Both the position numbers and the translations under genes were made by a program. A stretch of 64,000 nucleotides of DNA from the human T2T-CHM13v2.0 reference genome, Homo sapiens. The notes under the pieces were generated by a model. It searched no databases. It saw only the letters and a list, made by a program, of their open reading frames with translations, and was not told the origin of the DNA. This document shows positions 54,311-64,000 of the stretch, in pieces (the first letter of the stretch is position 1; each line of letters opens with the position of its first letter). Location: the NCBI RefSeq assembly GCF_009914755.1, contig NC_060928.1, one strand, 5' to 3'.

Positions 54311-56622
54311 TGATATGGTTTGGCTCTGTGTCCCCACCCAAATCTCATTTTGTAGCTCCCATAATTCCCAAATGTTGTGGGAGGGACCCAGTGGAAAATA
54401 ATTGAATCATGGGGGTGGGTCTTTCCTGTGCTGTTCTCCTGAGAGTTAATAACTCTCACAAGATCTGGTGGTTTTAAAAATGAGAATTTCTCTGCACAAG
54501 CACTCTCTCTCTTTGGCTGCTCCATCCATGTAAGACGTGACTTGCTCCTCCTTGCCTTTGTTATGATTGTGATGCCCTCCCAGCCATGTGGAACTGTGAG
54601 TCTATTAAACCTCTTTCTTTTATAAATTGCCCATTCTTGGATGTGTCTTTATCAGCAATGTGAAAATGGGCTAACAAAGTAAATTGGTACCAGTAGAGTG
54701 GGGCACTGCTCAAAAGATACCCAAAAATGTGGAAGTGACTTTGGAACAGGGTAACAAACAGAGGTTGGAACAGTTTGGAGGGCTCAGAAGATAGAAAAAT
54801 GTGGGAAAGTTTGGAACCCCCTAGAGACTGGCTGAATGGCTTTGCCCAAAATTCTGACAGTAATATGGACAATAGAGGCCAGGCTGAGGTGGTCTCAGAT
54901 GGAAATGAGGAACTTGTTGGGAACTGGAGCAAAGGTGACTCTTGTTATGTTTTAGCAAAAGACTGGTGGCATTTCACCTCTCCCCTAGAGTTCTGTGGAA
55001 TTTTGAACTTGAGAGAGATAATTTAGGGTATTTGGCAGAAGAAATTCCTAAGCAGCAAAGCATTCAAGATGTGACGTGGGTGCTGTTAAAGGCATTCAGT
55101 TCTATAAGGGAAACAGAGCACAAAAGGTCAGAAAATTTGAAGCCTGACAATGCAATAGAAAAGAAAATCCCATTTTCTGAGAAGAAATTCAAGCCTGCTG
55201 CAGGAATTTGCTGAGGTAATGAGGAGCCAACTGTTATGCCCCAAGGCAATTGGGTAAATGTCTCCAGGGCATTATCAGAGGACCCTCCCATCATAGTCCT
55301 GGAGGCCTAGGAAGAAAAAGTGGTTTTGTGGGCCGGGACCAAGGTCCCCGTGCTGTGTGCAGCCTAAGGACTTGGTGTGCTGTGTGCAGCCTAGGGAATT
55401 GGTGCCCTGTGTCCCAGCTGCTTCGCCATGGCTGAAAAGCACCAATTTAGAGCTTGGTCCATGGCTTCAGAGGGTGCAAGCCCCAAGCTTGGCAGCTTCC
55501 ATGTGGTGTTGAGCCTATGAGTGCACAGAAGTTAAGAATTGAGGTTTGGGATCCTCCGCCTAGATTTCAGAAGGTATATGGAAATGCCTGGATGCCCAAG
55601 CAGAAGTTTGCTGTAGGGGCAGGGTCCTCATGGAGAACTTCTGCTGTGGCAGCACAGAAAGGAAATGTAGGCTTGGAGTCCCCACACAGAGTCCCTACTG
55701 GGGCACTGCCTAGTGGAGCTGTGAGAAGAAGGCCCCGTCCTCCAAACCCCAGAATGGTACATCCACTGACAACTTGCACCGTGTGTCTGGAAAAGCCACA
55801 GACCCTCAATGCTAGTCCATGAAAGCAGCTGGGAAGGAGGCTGTACCCTGCAAAGCCACAGGAGTGGAGGTGCCCAAGACCATGGAAACCCATCTCTTGC
55901 ATCAGCATCACCTTGATGTGAGAGTCAAAGGAGATCATTTTAGAACTTTAAGATTTGACTGGACTGCTGGATTTTGGACTTTCATGGGGCCTCTAGCCCC
56001 TCTGTTTTGGCCAGTTTCTCCCATTTGGAACAGCTATATTTACCCAATGCCTGTACCCCCATCGTATCTAAGAAGTAACTAACTTGCTTTTGATTTTACA
56101 GGTTCATAGGTGAGAGGGATTTGTCTTGTTTCAGATGAGACTTTGGACTGTGGACTTTTGAGTTAATGCTGAAATGAGTTGAGACTTTGGGGGACTGTTG
56201 AAAGGCATGATTTGTTTTTAAATGTGAAGACATGAGATTTGGGAGGGACCAGAGTCAGAATGATATGGTTTGGCTCTGTGACCCACCCAAATCTCATCTT
56301 GTAGCTCCCATAATTCCCACGTGTTGTAAGAGGAACCTGGTGGGAGATAATTGAATCATAAGGGTGGGTCTTTCCCATGCTGTTCTCTTGATAGTGAATA
56401 AGTCCCACAAGATCTGATGGTTTTAAAAATGAGTTTCCGTGCACAAGCTCTCTCTCTTTGCCTGCTGCCATCCACGTAAGACGTGACTTTCTCCTCCTTC
56501 CTTCTGCCATGATTGTGAAGCCTCCCAGCCATGTGGAGCTGTGAGTCCATTAAACCTCTTTCTTTGGTAAATTGCCCAGGCTCCAGTATATATTTATCAG
56601 CAATGGGAAAATGGACAAATCA
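54311..56622 (+). mobile_element. Full-length THE1 (C-like) MaLR: LTR 54311-54678, internal 54679-56260, LTR 56261-56622
   Basis: Two direct LTRs starting TGATATGGTTTGGCTCTGTG. Internal region starts GTAAATTGGTACCAGTAGAGTGGGG. TSD TAGTT/CAGTT. Confidence 0.93.
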
Positions 56623-58303
56623 CAGTTGCAACTGAGGTTTTCAAAAAATATATTTTACTTGAAAATTTGATAGTATTAAAAATTTCTTAAATGTTTTAAT
56701 TTATTATAGTAATATTAGACACTTCTTTTAAAATAAGATTAGACATTTTATTAGATATCACACAACTGAATTCCTTCCTTCTAATTTCTGGGAAAATAGA
56801 TAAATATATTTCAAGAAAACTTATATTAGGTATTTTTCTAATGCATTTTGTTTGAGTATGGGCTTAGCTTTAATCAGACATTATTTATTGTTGTTCCAAA
56901 CTGATTATAGTATTTATAATACTCACCTTTGATGAAAGAAAACTTTACACTGTATTCTTTTTATGAAAAAAATTCCGAGTGTTTTGGAAAGAAGGCTACA
57001 AAAATAGGTACCTACGTAGTTATACTTTGGAAACAGAAAAATTTCACTGGTCTCCTCTCTCCCAGTTTCAAACACACAAATTTTTAAAATGTGTTTCCAG
57101 GTGATAGTAATAATGATATAAAATAATAATTCTCACTGATTTTCAAGGAGATCTGAATTTTTATGTAGGTGATAATTGTAGCTCTGATTTATCTATTTCT
57201 ATAAATAAATGCATACATATTTTATGTATCATTCCATACATCATACATAAGACATTCTGGTAATTTTGCTGGAATTTTTTGAAAAAGAAATCACTGAAAA
57301 TGTTTGTGCTGGTTTCATATACATGTTTGTAGTTATACATATAGAATTCATACTTACATGTTTAAGTTATAGATTAAAATAATTTTAATACTTTCATCTA
57401 CTTAGTAATCTCTGAAGGTATTCTCAAGTATATTACAAGACAAAATCAATTCCAACAGATTCAATATTTGATTAGATTTCTTAGGTATTACTATATTTCA
57501 CTTAAAGACATTGTTAATAATGATGTATTTTATTAAATCTAATTTAATATTCTATGTTGCAAAATCAGCAGGAATTCAAATGAAAAATAATGGTAAAAGA
57601 TCATTTAAATTCACAATCAATTTAATTCATTAATTGATCTGATAAAGCTGCTCTCTCATTCTCTGTTATAACAAAAATATTAACATTTCTTTGACAAACA
57701 AAAATCAATTTTCATTTGCAGCAGGAGCTACATCTTATTTTACAGAACAAACACACATTCAGTGTGAATAAGTAGTAGTAAAAATGAGCCTGGTATCTGG
57801 AAATTACTACTTAGCTTACTGCTCTTTTATGTGTGTATTTTTTTCCTGACTGAGAACATAGTTTAATTGCTCTATAAAATTTAGAGGGTTCAAAAAATTG
57901 CAATAAAATTAAATGAGATAAAAATGTATGCTAACTAAAGTGCCATTGCATTGCACTATATTTTTGTTTTGCTTTATATTTAGAGAGGTGAAATAAAAGG
58001 GTCAGACCCATTAAAGTTTTATAGCAACTCAAATCCAAGTTGACACAGTGTTTTTTTATAAGTTTTAAAAATTCCCTAGACTCAGTAAAATGTGAATCAA
58101 ATTTAAGAAAACAGAGAAATGGGAAAGCAGAAGTTTCAAAAAAGGCTGGGTTGAATCCCGTCCTCACAGGAGGAGAGGTTGCTAAATTTCTCATCAGTTG
58201 TGGTTCTCAGCTTTTTTCCATTTTGTAATATAAGATAAAATCTGTGAAACTTTGAGATTATCTTTTCAAAAAGGCAGCTAAATTTTTTATAAAAATAAAG
58301 ACG

Positions 58304-58646
<343 letters not shown>

Positions 58647-58653
58647 TTAAAGT

Positions 58654-59080
58654 TGTTGACAAAAAAGAGTCAAACTCTGTAAAATATTTGAAAGGATTAA
58701 TTCTAACGCAAATGAGTTACCAAGGCTTGAGGAACAGTCTCAAGAGGTTCTGAGAATATGTGCCCAAGGTGGTTGGCATACAGCTTGATTTGTATATATT
58801 TGAAAGGGACAGAAGTTATAGGCAGACATCAATCAATACATGTAAGGTGTACAATGGTCTGTCCAGAAAGGCAGGACAACTTGCAGTGGAAGCTTCCAGG
58901 TCATAGCTACATTCAAAGATTTTCTGATTGCCAATTGGTTGAAAGAGTTAAGTTATTATCTAAAGACCTGGAATTAATAAAAAGAAATAACGAGTTTAAG
59001 ATAAGGGATTGTAGAGACCAAGGTTCTCATTATGTAGATAAAGGCTTCAGGTAACAGACTTCAGAGAGAATAGATGGTTA
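58654..59080 (-). mobile_element. MER4-family (B/D-like) LTR, truncated
   Basis: TGTTGACAAAAAAGAGTCAAACTCTGTAAAATATTTGAA... Homologous to 2794-3376. Confidence 0.8.
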
Positions 59081-59084
59081 AAAA

Positions 59085-61190
59085 ACTCCCAGTGTAGGGA
59101 TATTGCATTAAGGGGGATACCACAGTTTTGTATCTTTTACTTCTGGGAGCCCGTTTATATTTTCAAAGAAAAATTCCCCAGTGTTTCTGGCAGAAAGAGG
59201 ACTAAAAGTGGTCATTTTGAAAAAAGTACAAAGCCTTCTCTTCTCCTTAGCAAACCCTGCATTTATCATAAACTATGTTGCCAAAGTCTAACCCACATGG
59301 ACATTACCAGAGCTTAACTGACTTGAGGGAAGGAAAATACGCAATTTCAGACCCTTCCAATCCTTCTGTCTCATCTCAGGGTGGTGGAGATGCGTAGAAG
59401 GAGTTGCAAAGGTCACATTCCAAGAGCCAATTATCACTAACAGACTGAATTATCACTAATCATAGGACTACAGAACACTGCCTTTCCTTCTACACCAATA
59501 AAGCTCTGGAATAATAACGGGATTACAAGGCAAAGAACTGCAAGTCTCAGATACTACTAAATAGGGGTCTCTAGGGGAAACCAAAGCCAACAGGAGAGGT
59601 AAAAAGAAAAACATTAGAGGAAAGTTTTAGCCTCTGCTATTAACAGATAAAATAAACAGTAAACACAGCATAACCACTAGCTAAATAAAAATAAAATTAC
59701 ACATTAATGTCCTCTTTAATTCAGTTCCTTTCTCCTGATATGTCATGTTCAGCTATCAACAAAAAATTACAAGGCATGCTAAAAGACAAAAACACAGTTT
59801 AAACAGACAAATCAAGAGTCAGAATCATATTTCAATATAGCAGAGACTTTGTAATTATAAGACCACAAGTTTAAAATAATTGTCTTTAATATACTAAAAG
59901 ATATCATGGAAAAAGCAGACACCATGCAAGAATGTAGAGGTAATATAAATATTATTGGTGATTTTTGCCTCCAATAAACCTAAGAAAAAAGTAAAAGGAA
60001 ATAATAGAATTCAAAAGCAATGTACAGAAATGAAGGATGGCTTTGATGGACTCATCAGTAGAATTGTCACAGCTGAAGAAAGAATCAGTGAGCTTCAAAA
60101 TATGTTAATAGAAATTTCCCAAACTGAAAAGCAAAGAGAGAAAAGAATAAAAGAAAAATGAAATAGAAAATCCAAGACCTATGGGATAATTACAAAAGTT
60201 GTAATATATGCATAATGGGAATAGCAGAGAAAAGGAAAGAGAAAAAGGAACAGAAAATATTTGTGGCAATAATGGCTGAGAATTTCCCAAAATTGTTGAC
60301 AGATACAAAACAGCAGATACAAGAAGCTCGGAAAACATCAAACATTATACATAATAGGCGAAGATTGAAGATTGGGAAAGAGGCACGGATGTCTACTCTC
60401 ACTGCTGTTATTCCACATAGTGCTAGAAATTCAAGCCAATGCAATGAGAGAGGAAAAAGAAAAGGCGTATAAATCAAATAAGAAAAAGTAAAACTGCCCC
60501 TATTTGCAGATGACATTGCAGTTTGCTGTTTTGGAAATCCCAAGGATTCTACCAAAAGAAACCTAGAGTGAATGTTTGAGTTCAGGAAGGTCATGGAACA
60601 CAAGATAAACATAAAAAATGTTATCTACTAGTGATAAAGACATATGCACAACAATTAAAAATAAAAATCAATTTATTAGCACTCATTACAATATGTTTGG
60701 TATAAATATAACAAAGCATGCACATGATCTATATGCTGAAAATTATACAACACTGATGAAAGAGATCAAAGACCCAAACAAATGGAGAGACATATTATGC
60801 TCACAGGTTGGAAAATTCAACACAGTAAAGGTGTCAGTTCGTCCCATAATGAAATGTAGGTTAAACACCATTCTTATCAAAATCCTAGCAAGATTTTTTT
60901 TGTAAATATGTCCAAGATTATTCTAAAATTTACATGGAAAAGCAAGGGAATTAGAATAGTTAATGTTGAAAACGAAGAGAATAAATTGGAGGGAACTGAT
61001 AACTGGACTTTAACATTTATCACCTAGCTACAGTTATCAAGTCTGATTGTACCGGCAGAGAAATAGACAAGAAATCAGTGGAATGGAACACAGAACTGAG
61101 ATATAGAATCGCAAATATGCTCAACTGGCCTGCAGAAAAGTTGCAAAATCAATTCAATGGAGAAAAGACAATCTTTTCAAGAATTGTCTT
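59085..61190 (+). mobile_element. Old L1M (MD/M4-like): 5' UTR/ORF1 joined to ORF2 pieces
   Basis: ORF1-like FDGLISRIVTAEERISEL and IMAENFPKL. ORF2-like LFADD and YAENYTTLMKEIKDPNKWRDI. Internal deletion near 60340. Confidence 0.8.
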
Positions 61191-62699
61191 CATTGATAAG
61201 GTTCTGAGTGGAAAATACACAGTTAATTATGACATTGGGTCTTACACATTCCTATGGAACTGACTCTCTACAAGAAAGTAGGAGTGGTGCTGGCAGCACA
61301 AAATGTGATAAGTAGTTTCACTGAGTAGATTTTCCTATCTGCCACAAACACTTAGTAGGTGTTGGAAGAACTGAGTTATATGTGTTAGGATATGGCTTGA
61401 GTGGGTTTTACAGAATGAACATTGAATGGCATTCTGAAAAGCTGGGAGGCCATGTAACCCATGTAAGACACAAATGTCAGTACATGGAATCCTGTAGGAA
61501 TAATATTGAATGAAGTGAATGGACATTTTAAGCAGGTGATATCGCGAGTTCTCAGTATTTAGGAAGTCTACAAATTACTCTTCAATATACTTAGAACATT
61601 TTTTTAGAATAAAATATAATATGTTGAAGGAATATTTCTTAACATTCCACATAATCTCAGGAATTCTGGTAAAAGAAAATTCAAGGCTACTTGAAAATAC
61701 TTCATAAAAATAATTTCCTGGGAAATATTTATATAATAGACATATAAATATTTTACATAATTTTATAGGGAATGAAAATTGCAAAGGTCTTCATTATTTT
61801 ATCCTCAGTTTTACATTCCAAATTCCTGGAATTATCAAAGATACTGGGTCAGAACCTATAAATTTTATGTAGTTTAAACACAAGACATATTATGTACAAC
61901 ATGGTTAAAAAATATCTTTATAGATCAGCCCATGGATTTTGTCTGTGGCCCTAAGCAGTATGCCTAATGAATTTTCTTGTAACAGAGTAAGCTGTATAGT
62001 AATTTTGAAATTCTATTGAAATAAATGTACTGAAGGAGTATTTCTTGAATTCCCTTGGCATTAAGTTCCTGAAAAATTATATTTTTGCATTTTCAATTGT
62101 GACTTATGCTGTGATTTAAATTATAATATAAAATTCATCTACTTGGTTTTATTTTCTTGGAGCTATAAACTAGAATATGCTACAAAAGTAAATTGAATTA
62201 AGTTGGAAAATATGGTTAGATTCTCATTAGTTTAAAACTTTTAGTTTTCACTTTGTGCCAGCTATTTGTTCTTGGTGACATTCTGCATACAATACAATCA
62301 TGTCAACAGCTAAATATACTTAAATTCAAATGATACCCCCATTAAGAATTAGGAATGTTGTCATTTCAATGTTTCAAATTGTTCTAAAATGTGATATTAA
62401 AAAATGAAAAATCATGTTCTGAATTAAAAATGTAATGATCTGAATCGCAATGGATATGTTGTATTTGGTCTATATGGAATTTTTCAGTTTTATGTGAAGA
62501 ATTTTAATTGTTCTAAATTATCTTCCAGGTTTATATTAGATTTCCGTAAATAATTGTAAATATTTTTAGAAAGTTGTTTGCATTTAAAGTACAAAAGAGC
62601 ATGCAAAATTATTTAGAAAATAATAGAATTATTTAAATTTTCATTATAAAAATTGTGGAAATCGTGGGAATAAGGAGTAGAAAGAAAGAAAGGAGAATG

Positions 62700-63260
62700 T
62701 AGCTGAGGCAGTAACAGCAATAAAGGTGACACAGACTTTGTTCTTATCAAGTTTATATGCTACAGGCAGTAAATAAGCAAAAAGTGTAATTTTGTATAGC
62801 AATAAACCTCATGAAGTAGACAAAAGAGGATAATAGATGGAGGTGACATATAAGCTGCAACCTAAATGACAATAAACAAATGCCAGGTAATTTGGGGAAA
62901 GAGTTTTCAAGGTAGATGGGATAGCAAATTCAAAGGCCATGAGGTGGGCACAAGCAAATGTGGTTTAAACGGTGGACCTGAAGTACACAGATATAAGATA
63001 AATTCCAAAATGCAGGCAGGGGCCAGATCATTGGCTCTAAAATGATGAGTTTGTATTGTATTTCAATTACTCTGCAAAGCGAGTATAATCAAAATTTTAT
63101 CATGGCCTGATTTACATGCTAAAAGGATTTCTCCTGCTGCTGCCTGGAAAATGCATTGTAAGGAGGGGCAAATTTGAAATCTGGAAAACCAGTTAGGAAG
63201 TAATTGCAGTAGTCTAAACAAGAAGGGAAGGGATTTCTATATAGAAGAGAAAATAGGGCG
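62700..63260 (-). mobile_element. L2 fragment
   Basis: GCAAATTCAAAGGCCATGAGG, GGGGCCAGATCAT and CCAGTTAGGAAGTAATTGCAGTAGTCTA are antisense L2 motifs. Confidence 0.7.
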
Positions 63261-64000
63261 GCCGTAGACTACCTAAGGCATAATTTGACATCATTTATCA
63301 GAAAAATACAACAATTACTATTTTTAAGTACAACTTCAGATATTAAAGTTCTAAAATACCATACATTGAATTGACTGAATCCAGTTATCTAATCCAGTTA
63401 TTTGGATTTTATGAATTTTAGATGTTTATAATATAAAAAACTTATGAACCTTCTATCTTGATGCATAGGATAAGATTAAAATTGTATGTCTGCTTGTTTT
63501 TGCCCTAGTCTCTTCTTTCAAGTCCTAGTGAATCAAAGTTCCTAGATCATTGTAACCTCCATGACAACAAAATTGTGCCCATTAAATGCACACAGTTTTA
63601 GTACATAGAGCAATGTGTTTTCAGGGTGCTTTATGTCATAAAGGATAACTGAGAGTTGTTCTATATGAGGACAAAGCACACTATCGAGAGTATATCATCA
63701 TTGGAAATATAGTTTAAGGGACAAAAAGGAAATTATGATGAATACTAAACTTCTCTTTGAAGTGCCTCATGCTAATCTACACTTTAATTGTATGCTCTGG
63801 TTCCCTACATCCACATGGGGAAAAGTATTTTATTGACTCTGCTTGCCAAATATGTTTGGGATGCCATAGAAAATAAGCTGACATTACAGGATATATTGTG
63901 ACTTCAATTACTAAAGGAATCATGAGTCTATTTTTAAGACTAGAAATTTTCTCTTATTGAAAGGAAGAAATTAGAAAGAAAGCAGTTAAGCGGTTTTGTA

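Overview
AT-rich, CpG-depleted primate genomic DNA. It is most likely human, because it carries an AluYa5 with all five diagnostic positions. The window is non-coding (intergenic or deep intronic) and roughly half is recognisable interspersed repeat: about 14 Alu/FLAM copies, L1s of several ages (one near-full-length L1PA15/16-like copy), L2/MIR, ERV1 LTRs (MER50-, LTR1-, MER4-, MER52-like), ERVL/MaLR elements (LTR40, MLT1, MLT2A, HERV-L, a full-length THE1) and hAT fragments. No protein-coding gene, RNA gene or CRISPR array is supported. The supplied ORFs are repeat-derived or chance. Repeat family names come from recalled consensus sequences, not a database search, so subfamily labels are provisional. 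I found no convincing new biological system. The best leads are: (1) a diverged ~130-bp inverted duplication in a TE-poor island at 10.9-12.3 kb; (2) an inverted, doubly truncated HERV-L fragment that replaces the endonuclease domain of an L1; (3) an L1 insertion with poly(T) at one end and poly(A) at the other; (4) a CpG/TF-motif cluster beside an ATG|GTAAGT donor at 13.2 kb; (5) several frame-preserving micro-exon-like splice signatures.
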